NCBI GenBank assembly: GCA_002391385.1
Contig: DGEY01000059.1
Location: 1 to 53,262, forward strand
Reading direction: 5' to 3'
Length of the DNA stretch: 53,262 nucleotides
Source of the DNA: Firmicutes bacterium UBA3914
Lineage (GTDB): Bacteria > Bacillota > Limnochordia > Darwinibacteriales > Darwinibacteriaceae
The translations under genes and the position numbers were made by a program. Positions 16,757-26,237 of the stretch are shown here, piece after piece. Each line of letters opens with the position of its first letter. The stretch's first letter is position 1. Under the pieces are notes generated by a model that saw nothing but the letters and a program-made list of their open reading frames with translations, did not search any database and was not told where the DNA came from.

Positions 16757-17503
16757 ATGCTTAAGCTCGAGGGCGTTACCAAGCGCTACAAAGGTGCCAG
16801 TGTCAACGCGGTGGATAACCTCCATCTGGAGGTGCGTCCCGGGGAGATCTTCGGCTTTCTAGGGCCCAACGGGGCCGGCAAAACGACCACCATCAAGATG
16901 GTGGTGGGCCTTTTGGCCGCGGACCGGGGCAAGATCGTGGTCAACGGCCGCGATCTGGCAGCCGATCCCCTGGGGGCTAAGCGTTCCATCGGTTTTGTGC
17001 CTGATAATCCCAATTTGTACCCGCGGCTGACGGGCCTGGAGTACCTCAATCTGATCGGGGATGTGTACGGTGTGGATGGCGCCACCCGCAAAAGGCGCCT
17101 GGATTACTATCTGCAGATGTTCGAACTCACCTCGGCCGTGGGGGATCTGATCCAGAGCTATTCCCGGGGCATGCAGCAGAAACTGGCCCTAACCGGCGCC
17201 CTTTTGCACCAGCCGCCCCTCTTCATTTTGGATGAACCCATGGTGGGTCTGGACCCCAGATCCGCGCACCTCTTTAAGCGGGTGATGCAGGAGCATGTGA
17301 ACCAGGGGAACACCGTGTTTTTCTCCACCCACATCCTGGAGGTGGCGGAAAACCTCTGCCACCGGGTGGGGATTATCAACAAGGGGCAGCTCATCGCCTG
17401 TGGGACCATGGATGAACTGCGCCAGGCTTCGGGCCAGGCCGGTTCCAACCTGGAGAAGCTGTTCCTGGAGCTTACGGATGCGGGTGGTATAGATGAAGAC
17501 TAG
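16757..17503 (+). CDS. ABC transporter ATP-binding protein (ABC-2 / EcsA-like exporter type)
   Basis: Walker A GPNGAGKTTT, signature YSRGMQQK and Walker B LFILDEP are present. At 248 aa it lacks the Opp/Dpp C-terminal extension. Confidence 0.85.
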   Translation: MLKLEGVTKRYKGASVNAVDNLHLEVRPGEIFGFLGPNGAGKTTTIKMVVGLLAADRGKIVVNGRDLAADPLGAKRSIGFVPDNPNLYPRLTGLEYLNLIGDVYGVDGATRKRRLDYYLQMFELTSAVGDLIQSYSRGMQQKLALTGALLHQPPLFILDEPMVGLDPRSAHLFKRVMQEHVNQGNTVFFSTHILEVAENLCHRVGIINKGQLIACGTMDELRQASGQAGSNLEKLFLELTDAGGIDED

Positions 17504-19163
17504 GCTGTGGACCCTTTACCGCACACTGCTCAACAACCACTACGGCTTCTCTGCCGCCAAGTTCTACTACATCAAAAAGCGGCAGCGCACTTGGGAGCCC
17601 TTGGTGATCGTGGCTGGGCTCACCCCCGCTGTGGTCATGGGTATCGTGTTCATCTGGAACCTCACGGAGCAGCTGTTCATCGGGGGGCTCGCCTTCGGCC
17701 AGCCCCATCTGGCGCTGCTCAACGGCGCCCTTTTGGTCTCTTTGGCGGGGCTTTTCTTCGGGTTTTTCTCGGTGCTCTCCGCTTTTTACTTCAGCACCGA
17801 CCTGGAGGTTTTGCTGCCCCTACCCCTGAAATCCTGGGAGATTCTCACCGCGAAGTTCGCGGTGGTGCTCACAGGGCAGTATGCCATCAATCTCCTGATC
17901 CTGCTGCCGCTGTGGCTCCGCTACGGGCTGCTGGCCGGGGTGGGCCTGGGCTATATAGTCAGCGCCGTGGTGGTCTTTCTGGCCCTACCTGTGGTGCCCT
18001 TGGTTTTAGCCAGCATCCTGGCGGTTTTGCTCATGCGGCTGGTGAACATCAGCCGCCACAAAGACAGACTGGCCCTGGTGGGGGGCTTCCTGCTCGTGAT
18101 TGTGCTGGTAGGCTTTCAGTTCTGGCTGCAAAGCAGCCTAGGCGGGGACGATCCCGAACTGGTCATGGAGCAGCTCCTGGGCCGGGCCGATGGGATCATC
18201 AAAGCGGCGGGACGGGTTTTCCCGCCCAGCGTCTGGGCGGCCCAGGCCATGGCCTATGCCCACACCTGGCAGGGCTGGCTTAATCTCCTCTACGTGGCCG
18301 CCCTGAGCGCCTTGGCCCTTTTCCTCCTCTACCTTCTGGGTGAGAAGGTCTTCCTCCAGGGACTCTTAGCCGGGCTGGAAGGAAGCCGGGGAACCGGAAG
18401 GGCCCGCCAGGTGGAGCTGGCAGAAGAGCGGGCCCGGGCGCCGCTTATGACCGTGGCCAGCCTGGAGTGGAAGCTCTTTGTGCGGGACCCGGGCTTTGCT
18501 TTAAACGGCCTCATCGGCTATGTGCTCCTGCCCGCCATGGCCCTTTTGCCCCTGTTCGGCCAGAAACTGCAGAACAACCCCTTTGAGCTTCTGGCCCTAG
18601 ACCAGCTGCACCCGCTAGTGGTGGCCGGGGGCCTGGCCCTTTATTTCCTGTTCATGACGGGCATGTCCATGATCCCCGCCACCACCTTTTCCCGGGAGGG
18701 GAGGTACCTGTGGATCATCCGCAGCCTGCCGCTGGATATAGAACAGATCATCGGGGCCAAGGTGCTGGGCTCCCAGGGGGTGAACACCATCGGCTGCCTG
18801 GTGGGTATCATCCCCGTGGCCTATCTCATGGGCTGGGGAGTGGGGGAAGTTGTGCTCGGGGCTGTGCTGGGCGTGCTCCTGGCCAGTGCGCTGGCGGGCT
18901 TTTTGGTCCTCTTTGACCTGCGCAAGCCCATGCTGGATTGGGTGAACCCCTTGAAGGCGGTGAAATCCAACCTCAACGCCTTGGTGGGCATGATCCTGGG
19001 CCTGGCCTTCGGGTTCGCCCTGGGCTTTTTACTCTATGGCAACGTACAGACCGGCACCTTGTGGCTCATTCCCCTGGAGCTCTTGGCGGCAGCCCTGGCT
19101 TTGGGGGCCCTGGTGAGGGTTTTGATCCGGCGCTGGGCGCCTCAGCTGTGGGCGCGGATCTAA
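17493..19163 (+). CDS. large polytopic membrane protein (putative ABC exporter permease partner)
   Basis: A 556-aa protein with more than 10 hydrophobic segments. It overlaps the ATPase gene by 11 nt. Confidence 0.6.
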   Translation: MKTRLWTLYRTLLNNHYGFSAAKFYYIKKRQRTWEPLVIVAGLTPAVVMGIVFIWNLTEQLFIGGLAFGQPHLALLNGALLVSLAGLFFGFFSVLSAFYFSTDLEVLLPLPLKSWEILTAKFAVVLTGQYAINLLILLPLWLRYGLLAGVGLGYIVSAVVVFLALPVVPLVLASILAVLLMRLVNISRHKDRLALVGGFLLVIVLVGFQFWLQSSLGGDDPELVMEQLLGRADGIIKAAGRVFPPSVWAAQAMAYAHTWQGWLNLLYVAALSALALFLLYLLGEKVFLQGLLAGLEGSRGTGRARQVELAEERARAPLMTVASLEWKLFVRDPGFALNGLIGYVLLPAMALLPLFGQKLQNNPFELLALDQLHPLVVAGGLALYFLFMTGMSMIPATTFSREGRYLWIIRSLPLDIEQIIGAKVLGSQGVNTIGCLVGIIPVAYLMGWGVGEVVLGAVLGVLLASALAGFLVLFDLRKPMLDWVNPLKAVKSNLNALVGMILGLAFGFALGFLLYGNVQTGTLWLIPLELLAAALALGALVRVLIRRWAPQLWARI

Positions 19164-19175
19164 AGGGAGGGTAGT

Positions 19176-20402
19176 ATGGGCTTTCTGGAAAAACCAATTG
19201 TTCGCGATCTCTTGCTGCTGGTTTTTGGACTAGCCCTGGGCGTCCTCGCGCACTACCTGGTGCGCATCCATCTGCTGCCCCGGCTGCAGAAGCTGCTGCG
19301 GAAAACCCGCATCAAATGGGACGATGTCCTCTTCGAACAGGGGGTGTTCGGCGCCGCGGCTTTGCTTATCCCCTTGGTGGTCATGTTCCGGGTCACCCCG
19401 TTTTTGACCGTGCTGCAGGGAGGGGCCATGCAGCTTCTGAAGGTGGTGGCGGTGACGGTGGTCGCGGTGGGCCTGGACCGCCTGCTCCGGGCGGGTCTGG
19501 TCATCTACAACACCTTTCCCATCTCCGTGCGCCTGCCCATTAAGGGCGTGGTGCAGATCCTCCAGATTGCCCTCTGGGCCTTTGCCGGCACCATCATCTT
19601 TTCCCAGCTCTTGGGCCAGTCCCCCTGGATCTTCTTGAGCGGTCTGGGCGCGGTGAGCGCGGTGCTCCTGGTGGTGTTTCAAGATACAATCCTGGCCTTT
19701 TTCGCCGGGCTGCAGCTCACCCTCAACGATCAGGTGCGGGTGGGGGACTGGATCGAAGTGCCCAAGTACAACGCGGACGGTTCAGTGGTGGAGGTGGCCC
19801 TGCACTACGTGAAGGTGCGCAACTGGGATCGTTCCATCACCACCATCCCCACCCACAAGCTCACGGGGGATTCCTTTGTGAACTGGCGGGGGATGTTTGA
19901 AGGGGGCGGCCGGCGCATCAAGCGCTCGGTGCTCATTGACCAGACCAGCGTCCGCTTCCTCGATGAGGAGCTCCTGGAGCGCTTAAGCAAGATCCAGCTC
20001 CTCCAGGACTACCTGGCCCGCAAAACCGAGGAGATCGCCGAGTACAACCGCCGCCACAACATCGATGAAAGCTCTTTGGTGAACGGGCGCCATCTGACCA
20101 ACTTAGGCACCTTCCGGGCTTATCTCCTGGCTTACCTGCAGAACCACCCCCAGATCAACCAGGATCTGATTCTGCTCGTGCGCCAGCTGCCGCCCACCAC
20201 CAACGGACTGCCCATGGAGATCTACGCCTTCACCAAGGATACGGCCTGGGTGAGCCACGAATCTGTGGCTGCGGACATCTTTGACCATGTTCTTGCCATC
20301 ATCCCCGAATTCGATCTGCGCGTATTCCAAAACCCCAGCGGCCACGATCTGGCCCGGGCCGTGGCAGAAAGGGAGGTTGCAATTGGCCTACGTGAGAACT
20401 GA
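19176..20402 (+). CDS. mechanosensitive ion channel family protein (MscS-like)
   Basis: N-terminal TM helices are followed by VRVGDWIEVPKYNADGSVVEVALHYVKVRNWDRSITTIPTHKL, an MscS beta-domain signature. RBS AGGGAGGG is present. Confidence 0.85.
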   Translation: MGFLEKPIVRDLLLLVFGLALGVLAHYLVRIHLLPRLQKLLRKTRIKWDDVLFEQGVFGAAALLIPLVVMFRVTPFLTVLQGGAMQLLKVVAVTVVAVGLDRLLRAGLVIYNTFPISVRLPIKGVVQILQIALWAFAGTIIFSQLLGQSPWIFLSGLGAVSAVLLVVFQDTILAFFAGLQLTLNDQVRVGDWIEVPKYNADGSVVEVALHYVKVRNWDRSITTIPTHKLTGDSFVNWRGMFEGGGRRIKRSVLIDQTSVRFLDEELLERLSKIQLLQDYLARKTEEIAEYNRRHNIDESSLVNGRHLTNLGTFRAYLLAYLQNHPQINQDLILLVRQLPPTTNGLPMEIYAFTKDTAWVSHESVAADIFDHVLAIIPEFDLRVFQNPSGHDLARAVAEREVAIGLREN

Positions 20403-21327
20403 GTACCCCCAGTGGTCCTGGTCCCATTCCCGCCAGCAGATTTTCGCCAGCTGCCTGCGGCGCTATTACTACAACTACTACGCTTCCCACAACGGCTGGG
20501 AGCGGGACGCCCCTGCGGAAGCTGCTTTGGCTTACCGCCTCAAGCAGCTGGGCAGTATTTACACCGCCCTGGGCGATGGGGTGCACCGCGCCGCCCAGTC
20601 CCTGGTGCACAGGGTAAAGGCCGGGCGGGAGCTCGCGAGTGCGGAGGTTGTGGAGGAAGAAATCCGCCGGCATCTTAGGAGGGTGTGGCGCTCTTCCCAA
20701 CAAAACCGGGAAGAGTTTCTGCTCCGTCCCAAGCGGGTGGACATGCTCCGGGAGTTCTACTACGGCACAGGTGTGAGCGAAGCGGTGCTGGACAGCATCA
20801 ACCAGCGCCTGGGCCAGGTGGCCCGGGCCCTGGTGGCCAGCTCTGTCTGGCGGGAGCTGGCCCAGCCAGGGGCCCAGGTGGTGAGCTGCGAGCAGTTTGA
20901 CACCATAACCATCGCCGGTACACCGGTTTTTGCCGTGCCCGACTTGATCTATGCCCAGCCCGGGGGCGATTGGGTGGTTGTGGACTGGAAGAGCGGGGAG
21001 GAAGCGGAGGAATACCGGGATCAGGTGGCCCTTTATGTCCTGTTTGTGCGGGAAAAATACGCTGTGGCGGTGGAGAGGATCACCGCCCGCCTGGAGTACC
21101 TGAACGGTCCCTCCACAGTGGAGATGCGCTTTACGCCCCAGGACCTCCAGGCGGTGGAGCGGCAGGCCGCCGCCAGCATGGAAGAGATGAAAGGGTTCTT
21201 AACGGATCCTGAACGCAATATTCCCCAGCCGAAGGAGAGGTTCGCCCTCACCGAGGCCAGGGAACAGTGTCCGTGGTGCAATTTTTACGAGCTCTGCCGG
21301 GACGAGCTGGAGCAGAGCGTTTCCTAA
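20383..21327 (+). CDS. PD-(D/E)XK nuclease family protein with Cas4/AddB-like Fe-S cysteines
   Basis: It carries the VPD...VVVDWKSG nuclease motif, an N-terminal Cys (FASCLRRYY) and a C-terminal CPWCNFYELC (C-x2-C-x5-C). The start is uncertain. TTG 20383 has GGGAGG 6 nt upstream, and GTG 20392 is the alternative. Confidence 0.7.
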   Translation: MAYVRTEYPQWSWSHSRQQIFASCLRRYYYNYYASHNGWERDAPAEAALAYRLKQLGSIYTALGDGVHRAAQSLVHRVKAGRELASAEVVEEEIRRHLRRVWRSSQQNREEFLLRPKRVDMLREFYYGTGVSEAVLDSINQRLGQVARALVASSVWRELAQPGAQVVSCEQFDTITIAGTPVFAVPDLIYAQPGGDWVVVDWKSGEEAEEYRDQVALYVLFVREKYAVAVERITARLEYLNGPSTVEMRFTPQDLQAVERQAAASMEEMKGFLTDPERNIPQPKERFALTEAREQCPWCNFYELCRDELEQSVS

Positions 21328-21936
21328 CTAGCGGGCTTGGCGCTGCCGCTGATCTAGGAAGAAGTCGATATGCCGGGCCACCTCCCGCCAGTCCTTGACC
21401 AGGGGCACCTTGGTGGGGCGCCCGGCGTTGTGGGAGGCGTGGAAGAGCAGGGTGTAGATGCCCGCTGCCGCCACCTCTTCGGCGTTTTCCAATTTGTCAT
21501 CCACAAAGAACTGCACGCCCAGCTCCAGGCAGCGCTCTTTTTTTGAGTAGCCGTACCCCGTGGGGCACATGGTCAGGCTGTGGTAGGGGATCCCGTGGCG
21601 CCGCAGCCAAGTCTCTGTGATCTGGCGGTGCCTGGTGTCCCGATGGGTGATCAGGTGGATGATGCCGCCACGCTCAGCCAAAGCCCGCAGCGTTTCCGGG
21701 GCGTAATCCCTCACCGGGACGCTGGTGAAGATCTCTTCGATGCAGGCCTGGAAGAACTCTTCAACTTCTTCCCTGGTCTTGTTGAAGGCCTCTTCCACGT
21801 GGTAGGCCGCCTTTTGGATGGGCTCGCCGAAATAGGTGCTGGCGGTCTCCAGCCAGATGTTGTTCTGGCCATCATCGTCATTGGTGAGCACGCCATCTAT
21901 GTCAAAGCCGAAAATGAACTGCCTGATTGCTGGCAC
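21328..21936 (-). CDS. HAD-superfamily hydrolase, 5'(3')-nucleotidase-like
   Basis: The N-terminal FGFDIDGVLTNDDD is HAD motif I (DxDG), and FVDDK is a motif IV-like element. Confidence 0.7.
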   Translation of the reverse strand: MPAIRQFIFGFDIDGVLTNDDDGQNNIWLETASTYFGEPIQKAAYHVEEAFNKTREEVEEFFQACIEEIFTSVPVRDYAPETLRALAERGGIIHLITHRDTRHRQITETWLRRHGIPYHSLTMCPTGYGYSKKERCLELGVQFFVDDKLENAEEVAAAGIYTLLFHASHNAGRPTKVPLVKDWREVARHIDFFLDQRQRQAR

Positions 21937-21941
21937 CTCCC

Positions 21942-22436
21942 CTAGCCTAAAAGGTTTGGTGCTAGATTAACATTTTCCAGCGCCAAAAGCAAGCGCTTGC
22001 GGGCCAGTCCCCCTCCATAGCCGCCCAGGCCATGGGTGCCCAGCACCCGGTGGCAGGGGACGATAATGCTCACCGGATTGGCGCCCACCGCCCGGCCCAC
22101 GGCTCGGTAGGCCTTGATGCCCAGGTTGTGGGCGATCTGTTTGTAGGTGGTGAAGGAGCCGTAAGAAATGCGTCTGATCTCCGCCCACACTTCCCGCTGG
22201 AAGGGCGTGCCCTCCAGCTGAAGGGGCCAGTCAAACTCCACCCGCTGGCCGCGGAAGTAGGCGTCCAGGTCCCGGGTGCACTTTGCAGGCAGCAGCTGCG
22301 GATCGAAGCGGGCCCGGAAGAAGCGGGCAGTGAACTTTTCTCCGTATCTTTCGTCAAAGGTGGCACAGACCAGCTTGTCTTGATAAAACCAGAGATAAAA
22401 AGGGCCCAGTGGGGACTGGTAGACTGAGCGCTGCAC
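21942..22436 (-). CDS. ogt: methylated-DNA--protein-cysteine methyltransferase
   Basis: The active site IIVPCHRVLG is present, plus YGSFTTYKQIA. The GTG start has GGAGGGA 6 nt upstream. Confidence 0.9.
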   Translation of the reverse strand: MQRSVYQSPLGPFYLWFYQDKLVCATFDERYGEKFTARFFRARFDPQLLPAKCTRDLDAYFRGQRVEFDWPLQLEGTPFQREVWAEIRRISYGSFTTYKQIAHNLGIKAYRAVGRAVGANPVSIIVPCHRVLGTHGLGGYGGGLARKRLLLALENVNLAPNLLG

Positions 22437-22516
22437 AGGGAATCCCTCCAGTGATGTATAATGGTCTATAGTTCGCCCGGCAGGCAGGGAATCCTGCAGC
22501 CCGCAAGAAGGGAGAG

Positions 22517-23878
22517 ATGTCTTTGGAACCTGAACTCGCGGCCAAGCCGCTGGATCTCAGGGCGCGCATCCTGCGCCTGGCTTGGCCCGCCATTGTGGAA
22601 AACCTGCTGCATACCATGGTGGGCATTGTGGACACAGCTATGGTGGGGCGCTTAGGGGCGGCTGCCTTGGCCGCCGTGGGATTGGGGAACCAAATCAACC
22701 ACCTGGGCTTGACCGTCTTTTCTGCCCTGGCCACGGGCAGTACCGCCTTAGTTGCCAGGTACATCGGGGCTGAACAGCCTGAGCGGGCCCGGGATGTGGC
22801 CAGGCAATCCTTAGTTCTCGGTCTTTTTGTTTCCGGCACTGTTATGCTTACTTTCCTGACTGCGGCCCGGGCCCTTTTGGGCTTTCTCTTCCGCCGGGCG
22901 GAAACGGTAGTTTTAGACTCCGCGGCGCTCTATGTGCGCATTGTGGCCCTGGCCATGATCCTCAACTACTTCCTGATCGTGATCAACGCAGCGCTGCGGG
23001 GTGCGGGTGATACCAAAACCCCCATGCAGATCACCGCCTTGGTGAACCTGATCAACGTAATCGGCAATGCCGTGTTCATCTACGGTTTAGGTCCGGTGCC
23101 CGCCTTGGGGGTAGCCGGCGCCGCCCTGGGCACAGCCATTGCCCAAGCCTTAGGAGGGGTAATGGCCCTGCGGGTGCTCTTTAGAAGCGATGTTCTCCAG
23201 GTGCGCTGGGGCGATTCCTTCAGGCCTGATCTGGAGATCATCCACCGCATCGCCAAAATCGGCGTGCCGGCAGGGGTGGAGCAGGGGACGCTCCGCATCG
23301 GGCAGCTCTTTTACACCATGATTGTTTCCTCTTTGGGCACGGTGAGCTATGCCGCCCACCAGGTGGCCCTCAACGCGGAATCCTTGTCCTTTATGCCGGG
23401 GGCCGGCTTTGCCGTTGCCGCGACCACCTTGGTGGGGCAAAACTTAGGCGCGGGGCGCCCCGAGGATGCGGAAAGGGCCGGCAGGATCAGCCGCAACTTA
23501 GGGATTTTGGTCATGGCCAGCATGGGCTTGGTTTTCTTCCTCATACCCGGGCCCATCGTGCGCATCTTCTCCCAGGATCCCGAGGTGGTTTCCTTGGCCG
23601 TGATCTGCCTGCGCCTGGTGGCCATTGCCCAGCCCTCCCTGGCGGTGTGGATGATCCTGGCGGGTGGCCTGAGGGGAGCAGGGGATACCCGGGCCATCAT
23701 GAAAATGGTCCTGGTCTCCTTCTTGGGAGTGCGGGTGGTTTTGGCTTACGTTTTGGCCCTGCGCCTGGGAATGGGCCTCATTGGAGCATGGATCGGGATG
23801 GTTGCTGATCTTTTCCTGCGCAGCCTCCTGATTCAGTGGCGCTTCAACAGGGGAGAGTGGAAATTCGTTAAGGTTTAG
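22517..23878 (+). CDS. MATE family efflux transporter
   Basis: A 453-aa, 12-TM-type protein with LAWPAIVENLLHTMVGIVDTAMVGRLG and a repeated half. Confidence 0.85.
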   Translation: MSLEPELAAKPLDLRARILRLAWPAIVENLLHTMVGIVDTAMVGRLGAAALAAVGLGNQINHLGLTVFSALATGSTALVARYIGAEQPERARDVARQSLVLGLFVSGTVMLTFLTAARALLGFLFRRAETVVLDSAALYVRIVALAMILNYFLIVINAALRGAGDTKTPMQITALVNLINVIGNAVFIYGLGPVPALGVAGAALGTAIAQALGGVMALRVLFRSDVLQVRWGDSFRPDLEIIHRIAKIGVPAGVEQGTLRIGQLFYTMIVSSLGTVSYAAHQVALNAESLSFMPGAGFAVAATTLVGQNLGAGRPEDAERAGRISRNLGILVMASMGLVFFLIPGPIVRIFSQDPEVVSLAVICLRLVAIAQPSLAVWMILAGGLRGAGDTRAIMKMVLVSFLGVRVVLAYVLALRLGMGLIGAWIGMVADLFLRSLLIQWRFNRGEWKFVKV

Positions 23879-23893
23879 GAAGGAGCTGAGAAA

Positions 23894-24991
23894 GTGCGGG
23901 AGTTTAGTTTCTTTATGCCCACGAAGATCTTTTTCGGTGAGGATGTGGTGAAAAAGCAGGCCCCGAGCCTCTCCTTGGGTGCCAAGGCCTTGATCGTCAC
24001 GGGGCCCTCTTCGGGGCGGGCCAGCGGAGCTTTAGATGATGTGCTGGCGGTGCTCAAGGGTGATTACGTCCTCTTCGACCAGGTGGAAAACAACCCCACC
24101 CCCCAAACCTGCCGGGCAGGTGCCCAGCTGGCCAGGGAACAGGGCTGTGACTACATCATTGCCATCGGCGGCGGTTCGCCCCTGGATGCGGCTAAGGCCA
24201 TGGCCCTCATGGCGGTGGATGACCGGGATCCCCTGGAGCTTTTCCAGGGCTGGGAGGCCAAACCCCTGCCCCTTGTGGCCATTCCCACCACCGCGGGGAC
24301 GGGGAGCGAGGTTACGCCCTATGCGGTGTTGACCATCCATGAAAATGAGACGAAAAGGAGCCTGCGGGGTCCGGATCTCTTCCCCGTGGTGGCTTATTTA
24401 GATCCCAAGTACACGGCGTCCCTGCCCCGGCAGGTGACCGTGGATACCGCGGTGGACGCCCTTTCCCACCTGGTGGAAAGCTATCTTTCCAGCAAGGCCA
24501 CGCCCGCGAGCGACCTGGCGGCTCTGCAGGGGATCGCGGTGTGGGGAGCGGCCCTGCCTGCCCTGCGCAGCGGCGAGCTGTCTTTGCAGGATCGGGAAGA
24601 TCTGCTCCTCGCCTCCATGCTGGGCGGGATCACCAACGCCCAGACCGGGACCACGTTCCTGCACGCCCTGGGCTATCCCCTCACCTATTTCCACAACTAC
24701 CCCCACGGGCGGGCCAACGGGATTTTGATGGCTTCCTACCTGGAGTACAACCACAGGCACGCTCCAGAGCGGGTGGAGAACATCTTGGAGCTTTTGGATC
24801 TGCCGTCCCTGGAAGCCTTCCGGGAGCTCATGGATGAGCTTTTCGCACCGTGGGTAGGCCAGCTGCATGTGCCTGAGGAAGAGATCAGGGCCTACGCGCA
24901 GAAGGCGGCCCAGACCCGCAATACCGCGGATTCCCTGGGGCCGCCCTCGGTGGACGAGTTGACCAAAATCCTGAGGGATAATATACTATAG
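23894..24991 (+). CDS. iron-containing (group III) alcohol dehydrogenase
   Basis: IIAIGGGSPLDAAKA, IPTTAGTGSEVT and the metal-site His (ALSH) are present. The GTG start has GGAAGGAG 8 nt upstream. Confidence 0.85.
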   Translation: MREFSFFMPTKIFFGEDVVKKQAPSLSLGAKALIVTGPSSGRASGALDDVLAVLKGDYVLFDQVENNPTPQTCRAGAQLAREQGCDYIIAIGGGSPLDAAKAMALMAVDDRDPLELFQGWEAKPLPLVAIPTTAGTGSEVTPYAVLTIHENETKRSLRGPDLFPVVAYLDPKYTASLPRQVTVDTAVDALSHLVESYLSSKATPASDLAALQGIAVWGAALPALRSGELSLQDREDLLLASMLGGITNAQTGTTFLHALGYPLTYFHNYPHGRANGILMASYLEYNHRHAPERVENILELLDLPSLEAFRELMDELFAPWVGQLHVPEEEIRAYAQKAAQTRNTADSLGPPSVDELTKILRDNIL

Positions 24992-25001
24992 TGATAAGGA
25001 A

Positions 25002-25033
25002 GTGCCCGTTCGGCTCGCCAGCTGGACGGGCAC
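25002..25033. terminator. hairpin between convergent genes (weak terminator candidate)
   Basis: The 8-bp stem GTGCCCGT (25002-25009) / ACGGGCAC (25026-25033) has a 16-nt loop and no clear U tract. Confidence 0.35.
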
Positions 25034-25043
25034 CGGCTCCTGT

Positions 25044-26162
25044 TTAGTTTTCTTTGATAATCTGCAGCACGTACTGGGCGGCTGCCTCCAGCTGCTGGAT
25101 GGGGATGGCCTCGTCGGTGGTGTGCACATTGGTGTAGCCCAGGCCCAGGATCACCGAGGGGATGCCGCGGCCGTTGATGATGTTGGCATCGCTGCCCCCG
25201 CCGGTGCTCTCGATGCGGGGCTCCAGGCCCAAGGCCTTGGCCGCCCGCAGCGCCAGCTGCACCACATAGTCCTCTTCCGTGAGGCGGAAGGAATTGTAGC
25301 TGTCGCCCACCACCACTTCCGCTTCCACGCCGTGGGCGGCGCAGGTGCTTTGGATCACTTCCACCATGTGCTGCGCCTGGCGTTCGAGCTTTTCGGGGTC
25401 CCGGGAGCGGGCTTCGCCCTTCATCTCCACCCGATCGGGGATGATGTTGGTGGCTACGCCCCCCTGGATCAGGCCGATGTTGGCGGTGGTTTCCGCATCG
25501 ATGCGGCCCAGCTTCATCTTGGTCAGGGCCTCCGCAGCTACCAAAATGGCGCTGATGCCGTTTTCCGGTGCCACCCCGGCGTGGGCTGCCCGGCCGTGGA
25601 TGGTCGCGCTGATGTTCTTCTGGGCCGGGGCCTGCACTACGATGGTGCCCACCGGCCCGCCGCTGTCCAGGAAAAAGCCGGCCTCAGCCGAAAGCCTGCT
25701 GGCATCCAGGGATTTGGCCCCAAACAGGCCCCCTTCTTCCGCCACGGTAAAGAGGAGTTCCAGCCTGCCGTGGGGAATGTCCTGTTCCTGGGCGGAGCGG
25801 ACCGCTTCTAGGATGGCGGCGATGCCGGCCACATCGTCCGCGGCTAAGATGGTGGTGCCATCGCTTTTGATCATGCCGTCTTCGATTATGGGTTTGATGC
25901 CCCGTCCAGGCTCAACCCGGTCCATATGCGCGCAGAAGAGCAGGGTAGGTGCCTCTTTGCTGCCTTCCAGCACGGCGATGAGATTGCCCGCGCTGCCGCC
26001 GATCTTGGCCCCGGCATCGTCTTCGGTGACGGTAAAGCCCAGGGCTTCCAATTTGGGCTTGAGGGCATCGGCCATGAGCCGTTCATCTTTGGAGGCACTG
26101 TCGATCTGCACCAGTTCCAGAAATTCATCCAGTAAACGCTGTTTGTTGATTTGCATTGGCAT
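25044..26162 (-). CDS. M20-family metallopeptidase (peptidase T-like / tripeptidase-like)
   Basis: LLFCAHMDRV, TILAADDVAG and TVAEEGGLFGA are M20 metal-ligand motifs. The ATG at 26162 has GGGAGG 8 nt upstream. Confidence 0.8.
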   Translation of the reverse strand: MPMQINKQRLLDEFLELVQIDSASKDERLMADALKPKLEALGFTVTEDDAGAKIGGSAGNLIAVLEGSKEAPTLLFCAHMDRVEPGRGIKPIIEDGMIKSDGTTILAADDVAGIAAILEAVRSAQEQDIPHGRLELLFTVAEEGGLFGAKSLDASRLSAEAGFFLDSGGPVGTIVVQAPAQKNISATIHGRAAHAGVAPENGISAILVAAEALTKMKLGRIDAETTANIGLIQGGVATNIIPDRVEMKGEARSRDPEKLERQAQHMVEVIQSTCAAHGVEAEVVVGDSYNSFRLTEEDYVVQLALRAAKALGLEPRIESTGGGSDANIINGRGIPSVILGLGYTNVHTTDEAIPIQQLEAAAQYVLQIIKEN

Positions 26163-26237
26163 TGCCTCGACCTCCCTTTGCCTTTGGTTGTTCAACACGG
26201 TACTAGTATTTCCTGCCAGCAGTCTGCAGTGAATGGA

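Noticed and set aside
20281-20382. ATG starts at 20281 and 20287 for the PD-(D/E)XK nuclease ORF.
   Set aside because: They would give an overlap of more than 100 nt with the MscS gene and have no SD. The conserved N-terminal motif begins just after 20392, so TTG 20383 or GTG 20392 fits better.
22437-22516. The direct repeat CAGGGAATCC (two copies about 45 nt apart) and TGTATAAT in the ogt/MATE divergent region. I considered a guanidine-type or other riboswitch ahead of the MATE transporter.
   Set aside because: The region is too short and does not match the ykkC, mini-ykkC or ykkC-III consensus elements I can recall. The repeat is only 10 nt and may be an operator or chance.
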